Assembly (NCBI GenBank): GCA_963845535.1
Contig: CAWJSK010000004.1
Span: 175,916 to 239,915 of the forward strand
Direction: 5' to 3'
From: an uncultured Spirochaetota bacterium
Lineage (GTDB): Bacteria > Spirochaetota > Spirochaetia > SZUA-6 > Fen-1364
DNA: 64,000 nucleotides
This document shows, piece after piece, positions 42,089 through 52,329 of this stretch (position 1 is the stretch's first letter; each line of letters begins with the position of its first letter). Made by a program: the position numbers and the translations under genes. A model generated the notes under the pieces. The model did no database searches. It had not been told where the DNA came from and saw nothing but the letters and a program-made list of their open reading frames with translations.

Positions 42089-43545
42089 CGGTGCCTCCCA
42101 TGAGCGAGGTTCTCCTTCACCAGGAGCCCCTTCATTGCCGCGAGCTTGTCCGAGAGCGACACCCTGTACACGTGAGGGTTGATGAGCCTCTTGAAGGTGT
42201 CATCCAGCAGGTCCATCTCCTGGCAAGCCTTCGAACGGATGGCGGAAATGGAAGGAAGCTCTCCCACGATCTTTCCCGCCTTCATTTTCTCCTTGAGAAG
42301 AGGAGTGGCCGCGGCATATTCGCTGAGAACGAACTTTCGATAGTCGCCCGACGGGTGGTTGAACGCGTAATGCTTGCCGGGGGTGATTTCCTCTTCAGCA
42401 AGGCAGATCAGGTCCGCCAGGGGGCTTTTTCCCCCATTGGTGAATCTCCAGACCTGCTTGACCCCGGGGTTGGTCGTTTTTTCGGGGTTGTTCGATACCT
42501 TGATGGTCGGGACGAAGCGGCCCGCCTTTTCCCGGGCGGAAATTTTGTACACCCCGGTCAAGGCTGGATCACCGCGCGCGGTGACGAGGTTCGTGCCGAC
42601 CCCCCATATGTCGATGGGCGCTCCTTGCGTGATGAGCTGGTGGATGATGTTCTCATCAAGCTCGTTGGAGGCCACGATCTTGGCGTCCGTGAGCCCCTCA
42701 TCATCGAGGCGTTTGCGCACCTTCTTGCTGAGGTACTCCAGGTCCCCGCTGTCCAGCCGCACTCCGAAGTTCCCATGTCCGGCCGCCTTGAGCTTTCGGC
42801 CCACGGCAACGGCGTTGTCGATCCCGCTGCCGAGGGTGTCATACGTGTCGATGAGGAGGAGCGCGCCGTCAGGGTAGGTTTCCGCGTACTTCTCGAACGC
42901 CTCACGTTCGGTCTGAAAGGCCATGACCCACGAGTGCGCCATGGTCCCGCGGACGGGGATGCCGAACCGTTTGCCCGCCAGCGTATTGGAGGTTGCGTGC
43001 GCTCCCCCGATGAACGCGGCGCGTGACGCGGACAGCGCGCCGTCTATCCCTTGCGCGCGACGCAGCCCGAACTCGATCACCGTGCCGCCGTTGGCGGCCT
43101 GGCGCACGCGGGCCGACTTGGTGGCAATCAGGGTCTGGAAGTTGATGATGGCAAGCAGGGCGCTCTCGATGAGCTGGGTTTCCATGAGTGAGCCGTGCAC
43201 CCTGACCATGGGCTCTCCGGGGAAGGCGAGAGTCCCTTCCTCCATCGCCCAGATATCTCCCGTAAAACGGAACGCCGCCAGGTAGTCCAGGAACTCTTTT
43301 CGGAACGTCCCGAGGCTTTCCAGGTACGCAAGGTCCTCCCTGCTGAAAGAGAGCGAGGTGACGTATTTCAGCAGGTCCTCCAGCCCGGCGAAAACGGCGA
43401 ACCCGCCGCCGAAAGGCTGGCGGCGGAAGAACATGTCGAACACGACGTTGGGGTTCTCTTTCTGCAGCAGATACCCCTGCATCATCGACAGCTCGTAGAA
43501 GTCCGTGAGGAGAGTTAAGCTGGTGGAACCGTTCTGTTCAGTCAT
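42085..43545 (-). CDS. pncB: nicotinate phosphoribosyltransferase
   Basis: LLTDFYELSM, EFGLRRAQG, GTMAHSW, LIDTYDT, VRLDSGD, GVGT. Confidence 0.95.
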   Translation of the reverse strand: MTEQNGSTSLTLLTDFYELSMMQGYLLQKENPNVVFDMFFRRQPFGGGFAVFAGLEDLLKYVTSLSFSREDLAYLESLGTFRKEFLDYLAAFRFTGDIWAMEEGTLAFPGEPMVRVHGSLMETQLIESALLAIINFQTLIATKSARVRQAANGGTVIEFGLRRAQGIDGALSASRAAFIGGAHATSNTLAGKRFGIPVRGTMAHSWVMAFQTEREAFEKYAETYPDGALLLIDTYDTLGSGIDNAVAVGRKLKAAGHGNFGVRLDSGDLEYLSKKVRKRLDDEGLTDAKIVASNELDENIIHQLITQGAPIDIWGVGTNLVTARGDPALTGVYKISAREKAGRFVPTIKVSNNPEKTTNPGVKQVWRFTNGGKSPLADLICLAEEEITPGKHYAFNHPSGDYRKFVLSEYAAATPLLKEKMKAGKIVGELPSISAIRSKACQEMDLLDDTFKRLINPHVYRVSLSDKLAAMKGLLVKENLAHGRHR

Positions 43546-43554
43546 GGAGGGATT

Positions 43555-43627
43555 TGGAGGATGGGGGATTCGAACCCCCGACCTACAGATTGCGAACCTG
43601 CCGCTCTACCAACTGAGCTAATCCCCC
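43555..43627 (-). tRNA. tRNA-Ala(CGC)
   Basis: GGGGGATTAGCTCAGTTGGTAGAGC..GCAGG-TTCGCAA-TCTGT..GGTTCGAATCC; G3:U70 pair present. Confidence 0.96.
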
Positions 43628-43774
43628 GAGGGAGAGGCGCTTCCCCCAGGGGAGCTGCTCGCTCCGTCGTCGGCGCAACTCTATATCTGTGACTCAGGCG
43701 AGGTCAATACCAGAAATTGCTATACCCGCGTCGTCTCTCAGAGAGTATAATAAGATTGGAAAGTGGGGTGTGCT

Positions 43775-43975
43775 GTGACCGAGCAGGAAGCCCGAAAAGT
43801 GTTTTCGCATGTTGTTTCCCTCTACAAGGTCTTCGGAGGAGACCTTCTCCAGATGTGCGCTGAAAAAGGCCTGCCGGAAGAGATGGTCAAGAAACTCATT
43901 GCAGAGCAGAAGGCCTGGGACTGGGGGCTCGCGAAATTCGACTGGGACGGTTCCCCCAAAAAAGGCGCCGGCTAG
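43775..43975 (+). CDS. small hypothetical protein (about 66 aa)
   Basis: Fills the gap between tRNA-Ala and lon; TATAAT at 43746; protein-like composition; alternative start 43763. Confidence 0.55.
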   Translation: MTEQEARKVFSHVVSLYKVFGGDLLQMCAEKGLPEEMVKKLIAEQKAWDWGLAKFDWDGSPKKGAG

Positions 43976-43997
43976 TTCACCGGCGCCTCGTATCGCC

Positions 43998-46424
43998 TCA
44001 GGCAATCAGCTTTTCTTGCGCATGCTCCCTGCGGGGAGCAAGGCCTACGGCAAGCGCCTCATCTATCCTGTCCACCAGCACGAACTGCATTCTCGTGCGC
44101 ACGTCCTCCGGCAGGTCTTCGAGGTCCCGTTCGTTGCGTTTCGGCAGGATCACCGTGGTGAGGCCCGCCCGGTGCGCGGCAAGCACCTTCATCTTGACCC
44201 CGCCGATGGGCAGGACGCGCCCGCGCAGCGTCACCTCGCCCGTCATCCCGATATCCCCCCGCACCGGCTTGCCGGTGAAAAGGCTGGCAATTGCCATCAC
44301 CATGGCAACGCCTGCCGAGGGACCGTCCTTGGGGGTGGCTCCCGCGGGAACGTGGACGTGCACGTCCAACTGGGCAAAAGAATCCGCGTCGACGCCGAGC
44401 TCCGCGGCTTTCGAACGAACGTAGCTGTGGGCAATTCGGGCGCTTTCCCGCATCACGTCGCCAAGCTGCCCCGTCAGGGTGAAGTCCCCTTTACCCTTCA
44501 TCCGCGTTGCCTCGATGAAAAGGATGTCTCCGCCAACCGGCGTAACCGCCAGCCCCGTTGCTATGCCGGGGATCTCGATGGTCTCCGACGTCTCGGAATC
44601 GAACTTTTCCTTTTTCAAGTACTCGCGAACCACCTCTGGGGTGATTTCCACCGCGGCTGAATCCCCAGAGGCGATCTTTGTCACGCTCTTCCTGCAAATG
44701 GCGCCGATCTGGCGCTCCAGCGTCCGCACCCCAGCCTCCCGCGTGTAGTCCTGCACGATCTTGCGCAGCGCTTCCTCGCTGAAGACCACTTCGCCGTCGC
44801 GCAGTCCGTTGGCGGCAACCTGCCGCTTCACAAGATGCTCCTGGGCGATCTTCACCTTCTCATGCTCGGTGTAGCCGTCCAGCGGGATGATTTCCATGCG
44901 GTCCCGCAGAGGCGCCGGGATGGGCTCAAGCTGGTTGGCCGTCGTGACGAACATCACGTCGCTCAGGTCGAAATCAACGTTGAGGTAGTGGTCACGGAAG
45001 GTCCCGTTCTGCGCGGGATCAAGCACTTCCAGCAGCGCGCTGGAGGGGTCGCCTCGCCAGTCGCTTCCCACCTTGTCGATCTCATCCAGCATGAACACAG
45101 GGTTGCGGGTGCCCGCCCTCTTGATGGCCTGCATGATCCTGCCGGGCATGGAGCCGATGTAGGTCCGCCTGTGCCCGCGGACCTCCGCCTCGTCTCGCAT
45201 TCCTCCCAGGCTCATGCGGGTGAACTTCCGCCCAAGGGCACGGGCGATGCTCTGCCCCAGGGATGTTTTTCCCACGCCCGGGGGCCCGACGAAGCACAGG
45301 ATGGCGCCCATGGCGCGCCCGGTCCTGTCGTCCCCTCCCTTGTCCTTCATGATCCCGCGCTCCTTGAAAAGCTTGCGGACCGCCAGGAACTCGATGATGC
45401 GGTCCTTGACTTCCTGGAGATCGTAGTGGTCCTCATCCAGCACTTTCCGCGCGTTGGCAATATCCAACTGATCCTCGCTTGCCGTGGTCCAGGGGATCTC
45501 CACCATCCAGTCCAGGTACGTCTTGATCATGGAGTACTCGGCCGCCTGCTGGGGCATGCTGGAGAGCCTCTTCAGCTCTCGCTGGGCTTCCTTCTTCGCC
45601 TCCTCGGGCATTCCGGACTTCTCGATCTTCTGCGTGTATTCGGAAACGATGGACTGGTTCTCATCCAGATCCCCCAGCTCCTTCTGAATGGCTTTCAACT
45701 GCTGGCGCAGGATGTACTCTCTCTGCTCCTTCTCCATCTCCTCCTTCGCCTCCGTGCGGATCTTCTGGCCGAGGCTCAGCACCTCTTTCTGGTGGGCGAG
45801 GTGGGCGATGATTGCGCGCAGCTTGTCCTTCACCGAGTCCATTTCCAGTATGCTTTGCGCTTCCGGAGCTTCCATCTGCGCGTTTCCGGCAACGAGGTAG
45901 ACGAGGTAGCGCGGATCAGAAACGGAATTGAGCACGTTTGCCGCTTCACGGGGGATGGTGGGGGAAAGGTCGATCACCTCCTGCGCAATGGTCCTGAGGC
46001 CTTGCACCAATCCCTCCTGCTCCAGGTCCGATACTCCCTGCTCAGGCGCTGATTCGACACGGGCCTTCATATACGGCTCGGGTGCAAGCCAGTGGGTCAC
46101 CCGGATGCGCTCCAGGCCTTGCACCACCACTTGCATGGTGCCGTCCTGCGCGCGCACGACGCGCAGGATCTTGCCCGCGGTCCCGATGGAATGCACCTGC
46201 CCGGGAGCGGGCTCCTCGATGGAGGGGTCTTTCGACGCCACCATCCCGATCATGCTGTTGCCTTGCAAGGCATCCTCGATGAGCTTGACGGAACGGGGGA
46301 TGCCCACGGCCAGCGGTATCATCACGTACGGAAAGGGCACTGTATTGCGGAGGGGCAGGATGGGAAGCTCCTTCGGCAAGCTTTCAGGTTTTTCTGAGTT
46401 TTTCTGTCGAAACGGGTTTGTCAT
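43998..46424 (-). CDS. lon: ATP-dependent protease Lon
   Basis: LPLRN, CFVGPPGVGKTS, GHRRTYIG, LDEIDK, PKDGPSAG, IGGVKMK. Confidence 0.98.
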   Translation of the reverse strand: MTNPFRQKNSEKPESLPKELPILPLRNTVPFPYVMIPLAVGIPRSVKLIEDALQGNSMIGMVASKDPSIEEPAPGQVHSIGTAGKILRVVRAQDGTMQVVVQGLERIRVTHWLAPEPYMKARVESAPEQGVSDLEQEGLVQGLRTIAQEVIDLSPTIPREAANVLNSVSDPRYLVYLVAGNAQMEAPEAQSILEMDSVKDKLRAIIAHLAHQKEVLSLGQKIRTEAKEEMEKEQREYILRQQLKAIQKELGDLDENQSIVSEYTQKIEKSGMPEEAKKEAQRELKRLSSMPQQAAEYSMIKTYLDWMVEIPWTTASEDQLDIANARKVLDEDHYDLQEVKDRIIEFLAVRKLFKERGIMKDKGGDDRTGRAMGAILCFVGPPGVGKTSLGQSIARALGRKFTRMSLGGMRDEAEVRGHRRTYIGSMPGRIMQAIKRAGTRNPVFMLDEIDKVGSDWRGDPSSALLEVLDPAQNGTFRDHYLNVDFDLSDVMFVTTANQLEPIPAPLRDRMEIIPLDGYTEHEKVKIAQEHLVKRQVAANGLRDGEVVFSEEALRKIVQDYTREAGVRTLERQIGAICRKSVTKIASGDSAAVEITPEVVREYLKKEKFDSETSETIEIPGIATGLAVTPVGGDILFIEATRMKGKGDFTLTGQLGDVMRESARIAHSYVRSKAAELGVDADSFAQLDVHVHVPAGATPKDGPSAGVAMVMAIASLFTGKPVRGDIGMTGEVTLRGRVLPIGGVKMKVLAAHRAGLTTVILPKRNERDLEDLPEDVRTRMQFVLVDRIDEALAVGLAPRREHAQEKLIA

Positions 46425-46500
46425 GGGAAAAAGATACTAACACGCCCCCCCAACGCAAAACTGGCCGAAAAGGGAGTGGCCCCAAGGCGCCGGTCCGGCG

Positions 46501-47352
46501 CTACTGCAAGAACACGGCGTCTTTGAACGGCGCGAGGTATTTTGCGGACATCACGGTGAGGGGCTTTGCCGCGAGGGCGATTTTCTCGGACAAGAGCGCG
46601 AGCACGTCCGAGAGCTTTTCGTGAGCAGCGTCACGATGGCGGGAGGCAAGCCGGTAGAAGGTCACGCCTTGCTCGATGTAGTCCTCCCTGCTTCGCCGCA
46701 GGGCCATGCGGAGGCCGGCGTTGAGAAGCGCAAGAGGCGCCTCCGGCGGGCTTTTCGGGGGTGAGAAGATCCCGAGGGTGAACAGGCAGATGTCGGCAAT
46801 CCTTTTGTATGCGGGGAACCTCTGCGACTCCTCCAGCGCATTTCCGTAGCGCACGAGGCTGTCGATGTCGAAATCGCTGAAGCGCACCCGCCGCCACACC
46901 CCGCTTCGCACGCGCACCGTGGTGGAGAAGCTGTTGACGCGCACGAAGGACACGAGGAGGGCCGCCAGGTAGTCCCGCACTTCCGTGTTGGCAAGCAGCT
47001 CCACCACCTGCGGCGAGTCGAAGAGGATCATCGAGAGGCGGCTCGTCTTCTCCAGCGTCCAGGGCTGGCGCTCCAGGTCCAGCCTGACGCGCGCCAGAAG
47101 GACGCTGAAAAAGAGCGCCGGAGATACGCGGAGGAGATTGAACTGGGGTTCATCGAGAAGCTTGTGCAGCACCTTCTCATCCGCGAGCATCCCCTGGAGG
47201 ATCTCCTCGTCCTCCCTCAGGACGCGGATCATCCTCTGGTGGTCCGTGGCATCAGGCATTAACGTGGTTATGAGGAACACGAGGTCGTCATCGGAAAAGC
47301 TCAGTCGGGATTTTTTCAACGCCAGCCCCCCTGCGTCTAGAAATATATACAT
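46501..47352 (-). CDS. hypothetical protein
   Basis: 283-aa helical ORF in the gene run; FSDFDIDSL and YKRIADICLFTLGIF blocks; start may be TTG about 47319. Confidence 0.75.
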   Translation of the reverse strand: MYIFLDAGGLALKKSRLSFSDDDLVFLITTLMPDATDHQRMIRVLREDEEILQGMLADEKVLHKLLDEPQFNLLRVSPALFFSVLLARVRLDLERQPWTLEKTSRLSMILFDSPQVVELLANTEVRDYLAALLVSFVRVNSFSTTVRVRSGVWRRVRFSDFDIDSLVRYGNALEESQRFPAYKRIADICLFTLGIFSPPKSPPEAPLALLNAGLRMALRRSREDYIEQGVTFYRLASRHRDAAHEKLSDVLALLSEKIALAAKPLTVMSAKYLAPFKDAVFLQ

Positions 47353-47371
47353 TTTTCTATGCTGTTTTCAG

Positions 47372-48298
47372 CTACACCTCAATGCTCGCGCGCTCCCGCG
47401 CGAGGGAAACGACCATTCTGGTCTTTCCCCGGATCTGGTCCATGAGGTTGCAGTACAGTTTCTCCAGCTTCTCATCTCCGCGCTCGGGATCATGGTGGAA
47501 GAAGACGAGGTGCTTCACTTTTGCCCTGTTTGCTGACCTGATTGCCCATTCGAAAGAGCTGTGCCCCCAGCCCTTCTTGTCCTTGAGGTACTCCGCGTTC
47601 GTGTATTGCGTGTCATGGACCAGGAGGTCCGCCCCCGCAAAGAAGGCCTCGATCTTGTCGTTCTCTTCCTTTGCCGCGAGCGCTCCCTCCCGGACGGCAT
47701 TCTCGTCATAACTGGGGTCATCCTTGCTCACGTCGAAGATGTTGCTGAACGGCTCATGGTCGTATGCGGTGCAGAAGATCTTGCCCTGGTATTCGAACTT
47801 GTAGCCGAGCACCGTGATGGGGTGATTGAGGTACTTTGTGGTGAGCTTGATTCCGTCCCCGAGGTCTATCTCCTGTTCCTTGAGGCGTTCATAGTGGATG
47901 TTCGCCTCAAGCTGCCCCATGTTCACGGGGAAGTACTTGTACTGGAGCTGGCCGCCCACCACCGAGTCCAGGCTGTCCTCCTCGAAGCTCACGGGGCCGT
48001 ACACGTCCAGTTTCGTGTTCTTGATGTAGATGGGCGTGAAGAACGGAAAGCCCATGATGTGGTCCCAGTGCGTGTGGGTCAGGAAGATCTTCGTGGTGAT
48101 GGGGCCCTTTTTCAGGTCTTTGGCGAGGATGGCGCCTGCCAGCTCCCGGATCCCCGAGCCCGCATCTATGATGATGAGCTTGTCCTCCGCGCCGAACCTC
48201 AGCTCGAGGCAGGCCGTATTCCCTCCGTACTTCACCGTGGAGGGGCCCGGAGTCGGTATGGATCCTCTCACGCCCCAGAAGGTCACCCGGATGGCCAT
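47372..48298 (-). CDS. MBL-fold metallohydrolase (phosphodiesterase-like)
   Basis: FWGVRGSIP, YGGNTAC, DAGSG, THTHWDHIMG, HP, DHE, WGHS, FHHDP. Confidence 0.92.
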   Translation of the reverse strand: MAIRVTFWGVRGSIPTPGPSTVKYGGNTACLELRFGAEDKLIIIDAGSGIRELAGAILAKDLKKGPITTKIFLTHTHWDHIMGFPFFTPIYIKNTKLDVYGPVSFEEDSLDSVVGGQLQYKYFPVNMGQLEANIHYERLKEQEIDLGDGIKLTTKYLNHPITVLGYKFEYQGKIFCTAYDHEPFSNIFDVSKDDPSYDENAVREGALAAKEENDKIEAFFAGADLLVHDTQYTNAEYLKDKKGWGHSSFEWAIRSANRAKVKHLVFFHHDPERGDEKLEKLYCNLMDQIRGKTRMVVSLARERASIEV

Positions 48299-48307
48299 GG
48301 TCCGTCC

Positions 48308-49183
48308 TTACTGGCGGGTGACTTGCAGGAATATCTTCGCCTTTTCGATCTCACCGTTCACCTTGCTCTCCACCTCGTCGAAATCATCACGCGTGATTTT
48401 CAACTCGTCATAGACGGCGGGGGAGAGCGGCTCGGGATACCGGTCTCCCGAGAAGCCGATCTGGTAGGAATTGGCGAAGTAGTTGGCCGCGGCAACCGTC
48501 AGCAGCACGTCGCGGTTCTCTCCGGGATAGGAGTCGACGAAATGGTGAAAGAACACCACGTCCTCCATCGCGGAGCCGAGGTTCCAGTTGTTGACGATGA
48601 GCCGCCCGACCTCGCAGTGGTTCACCTCCATGGTCCGCTCCTCCGTGATGTACAAGGGGAGATGCTCCTTGTCGGTGAGGGACAGCGCCTGCACGTATTC
48701 CGTGGAAAGCTTGTTGTTCAACGGGATCTTGCCAATGTCATGCAGGAGGCCGGACACGAAGTACTCCTCCAGCTGCTTCGGGTCTTTGCGCCGCTTCGTG
48801 GCAATCAGTTTCGCCGCCACCCCGACGCACAGCGAGTGCCGCCAGAAGCCGTCATTGTTGAGGGCCAGGAAGTTGGTCTTGCTGGAAAGCCCGCCGAGCA
48901 CGGCGGTGGACAGGGCGAGGTTCTTCACCGTGTTCACCCCGAGCATGATGATGGCTCGGACAAGAGAGGTGATCTGGTTGTTCAGCCCGTAGTAGGCCGA
49001 GTTGATCAGCTTCATCACCCTCCCCATGAGGACGGGATCCAGGCTGATCACCTGGTTGAGATCTGCCGGGGTGGCCTTGGGGTTCTTGGAGATTTCCTGG
49101 ATCTTCGACCACGCAATGGGAAGGCTCGGCATTTTGGAGATGTAGGTCTTGATGACGGCGATCGTCTTGGCCTTGTCGTTCAT
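48308..49183 (-). CDS. HDOD-domain protein
   Basis: MPSLP, DPVL..LINSAYYG, FWRHSL, GLLHDIGK, HCEVG..W. Confidence 0.92.
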   Translation of the reverse strand: MNDKAKTIAVIKTYISKMPSLPIAWSKIQEISKNPKATPADLNQVISLDPVLMGRVMKLINSAYYGLNNQITSLVRAIIMLGVNTVKNLALSTAVLGGLSSKTNFLALNNDGFWRHSLCVGVAAKLIATKRRKDPKQLEEYFVSGLLHDIGKIPLNNKLSTEYVQALSLTDKEHLPLYITEERTMEVNHCEVGRLIVNNWNLGSAMEDVVFFHHFVDSYPGENRDVLLTVAAANYFANSYQIGFSGDRYPEPLSPAVYDELKITRDDFDEVESKVNGEIEKAKIFLQVTRQ

Positions 49184-49186
49184 AAT

Positions 49187-52100
49187 CTATCCTGCTCTCC
49201 TCATACGGGCCATGAGGGACTCGACGCGCTCCCTCATCGCGTCAGCGACCGCCTTGTCGGGGTGCCACGCCGCGAGGTCCTTGAGATAGGAGAACGTATC
49301 TACGACCAGGGGTCGGGTGAGCGGCTCCCCCCTCCCCGGAGCCGCCGGGTGGAAGCGTTCCGTTATTGACTGCCGCAGGCCCTTCCTTCCTGCCAGCTTC
49401 GACTTCAGTGATTCCATGGCAAGACGTTCGTCACTCTCCTGGAACCGCTGCTTCTCTTGCTCCGGGAGATAATCGGACAGTTTCTCCAGATAGTCAAGGA
49501 GATCGGCGGGACCTGAAGGGCTTGCGAGGCTCTGCTCGCCCCCCGGAGCATCATCCAGCTTTTCTTTGACGCCGTTCAGGTACTGGCGGAGCTCGTTTCG
49601 AACGTCATCACTCGTGCGGGCGTCCGAGGACGGTTCCCCGGCGGAGGCGGCCGCCGCAGGCGGCTCCTCCTGGGGCTCCGGCGTGGGGGACGGCTCCTCC
49701 GCAGGTTCGAGGATTTCCACCTCTTCGGGCAATTCCAAGTCCTCGGGGGCTTCTTCCAGAATGGCGTCTTCCAGGGCCGGCTCGGGAGGCGGCACAGGCT
49801 CAGGAAGTTCTCCGCCTTCTGCCGACTGCGGAGGTTCTGAAACGCGCGGAGGCTCCGGGGCTGCTGCGCTTGCGGGGCTTGCGGCTTCCGTGCGGCCCTT
49901 CGTTTCCGTGCAGCATCAGGAGGCCGGGTCGGCGCGTCTTGCTGCGCCGGCTGCTCGATGTCATCGATGTCATCGATGTCATCAATGCCATCAAGGTCGT
50001 CGAAGCCGGACTGCGCGAACCGTGGCAGACCTTCGCCGGACGGCTGCTGGGGCGGATAATTGATGCCTGAGGGCTGGTACGGGTCGGGGCTTGGCTGCGG
50101 CTGCGCCTGGGGCTGTGGATAGTTGATGACCACGGGCTGCGTCGGCGGCGGGGGCCGCCGGGCGGATTGCGGGGGCGGATTCATGACGATGGGTACGACC
50201 TGGGGAGGCCGCTTCTGGTCCTCGATCTTGCGCGAAAGGTCGGAGATCTCCCCGAAGAGCTTGTTCACCATCCGTTGCTGGGTTTCCACGGACTCCTTCA
50301 GTGACTTCGCCAGGACATTCTCCCCCTGCGGCGAAAGCGCCGGTTGGCCCGCCCCTGACGGAGACTGCTGCCCCGGCGCGGCGGGGGTCGGACCACCGGA
50401 AGACCCTGAGGCTCCCTGGGCTCCTCCCGCTCCAGCTCCTGCTCCCCCACCTCCGCGGGGAGAAGGCTGCGGTTGGGGCTGGAAGGTTTCCAGCGCGGGG
50501 TTTTCCGCGTACAGCTCCTGGTCCTTCAGGAGGTTCACGAGGTTCGGCGGACGCTCGTCCTCGATGGATATCATCTCCTCCTGGACGGGTTCCTCCGCCT
50601 CCTCCAGCCGCAATTCTTCGTCCTCTTCCCGGACGGTGAACACCGGTTCAATTCCGCCCACGCTGATGATGGGGACGGATTCCTCCTCCAGCGGCTCGAG
50701 GCCTTCGACCATGAGAGAGTCATCCTCGACTTTTGCCTGTTCTTCTTTCCCTCTGTCTACGGTGAGCTCGCGCAGCTTGCGGATGGTCTTCTCCCGCTCG
50801 CTTCGGAAATCCTTTTCATGTTCCGCGACCGTCTGCTCGTACTCCTCCATGGCCTGGGAGAGCGCGTCCATGTCACCGGGATCACTTGATTGCTCGAGGC
50901 GGTTGATGAGGCCTTCCATCGTCTCAACGGCTTTCTGCGGCTCGCCGAGCTCGCGGTACAGCTTGGCAAGCCTGTAGCTCGCGTCCTTGGCCTGGGGGTT
51001 GGCCTTCAGCACCTCGCGCAAAGTCTGGGCGGCCTGTTTTTTCTGCCCTTGAGCGGCATAGATGTCCGCAAGGAGGACGCGTGCCCGCTGGTCCCCGGGG
51101 AACGCCTCCAGGTAGCGAAGCACCTCCTGGCGCGCAAGGTCCGGTTTGCCTGCGTCAGAGAGAAGGAGGGCCCTGTCCAGCCGGAAGCCCTGGTCACCCG
51201 GCGCGCTCGCCTCGAGCTTTGTGTAGTATTCCAGGGCTTTGGCGGGTTGGCCCATCTTGCCGTGAGCCCATGCCAGCCCCCGAAGCGCCTCCGCGTTCTT
51301 CGGCTGGACGGCAAGCACGGCCTTGTCATGCTCCACGGCCTCGGGAAAATTGTCCATCTTGCGCAGGATGCTGGCCAGACGCAGGTGGGAATCCAGGTCG
51401 CCGGGGTTCTGCGCAAGCAGGCGCTTCAGCTCTTCCATCGCCTCGGTGAACCGTCCCTCCTCCTCGTGCAGGGATGCAAGGTTCCCGATTGCCTGGGTGT
51501 AACGCGGGTTCGCTTTGACGGATCCATGGTAGGCCTGCACGGCCTCATCCCCGCGGCCAAGGGCCGCCAGCACGACGCCGAGGTTGTTCAGCGTCTGGGC
51601 GTCGTTGGGCGTGGTTCGCAATACCTCGCGGAGGGTCTTTTCCGCGCCGCGCTCATCCCCCAGCCGGTGCTGCATTACACCGAGGTTGTTGAGCGCCTCC
51701 GGCCATCCGCGCCGGGCGTGGGCGGCCGCCTCGTATTCCTCCCTGGCGTCGGGGAGCCGTCCCAGGCGCTCGTACACGACTCCAAGGTTGTAGTGCAGGC
51801 GCGGCTGGTTGTTGTCCACCTGCAAACCCTTCAAATACGTATGCACCGCCTCGGCGTTTCGTCCCTGCTCCTCGAGAACAGTCCCGAGGTTGATGTATGA
51901 AGGCACGAAGGAAGGGTCGACGGCGATCGCCTTCTCGAAGTTCTCCTCCGCGAGCGCCTTGTTGCCGAGGGATTTGTAGACGTTGCCGAGGTTGTAATAC
52001 ACGTCCCCGCGCTGGGGGGAAAGGGTGATGGCTTTTTCCAGGTAGGGGATGGCTTCGCCGTATTGCTCGATCTTTCTCAGGATGACACCGAGGTTGTTGT

Positions 52101-52329
52101 GCGCCTCGGTGTAGTCGGGCCGGGAATCAATGGCTTTCTGGAACAGCTCGATGGCTTTGCGGTAGCGGCCCGTCTTGTCATACACGGTGCCCAGCAGGTT
52201 GAAGGCGACCGCCGAATCAGGCTCGCTTGCAAGGATGCGCAGCGCGAGCTTCTCCACGAGCGGGTATTCTCCCATCTTGAAGGCGTTACGGGCCCGCACG
52301 AGTATCTCGGGGGTCGTCATCGATTTCAC
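49187..52329 (-). CDS. large TPR-repeat protein with acidic/Pro-rich linker; frameshift at about 49860-49915
   Basis: Many NNLG/YNLG TPR units in ORF 49576-52329; the natural-looking C-terminus (PEPALEDAILEE..LLDYLEKLSDYLP) continues in the frame of ORF 49187-49795. Confidence 0.85.

Noticed and set aside
43555..43997. Integrated element at tRNA-Ala or the tRNA-Ser genes
   Set aside because: No integrase, no duplicated tRNA 3' end, and flanking genes are housekeeping
47561..49369. 602-aa plus-strand ORF, and similar ones at 16389-17933, 44835-46052, 57299-58777, 60853-62223
   Set aside because: Antisense shadows of well-supported genes with no recognisable motifs
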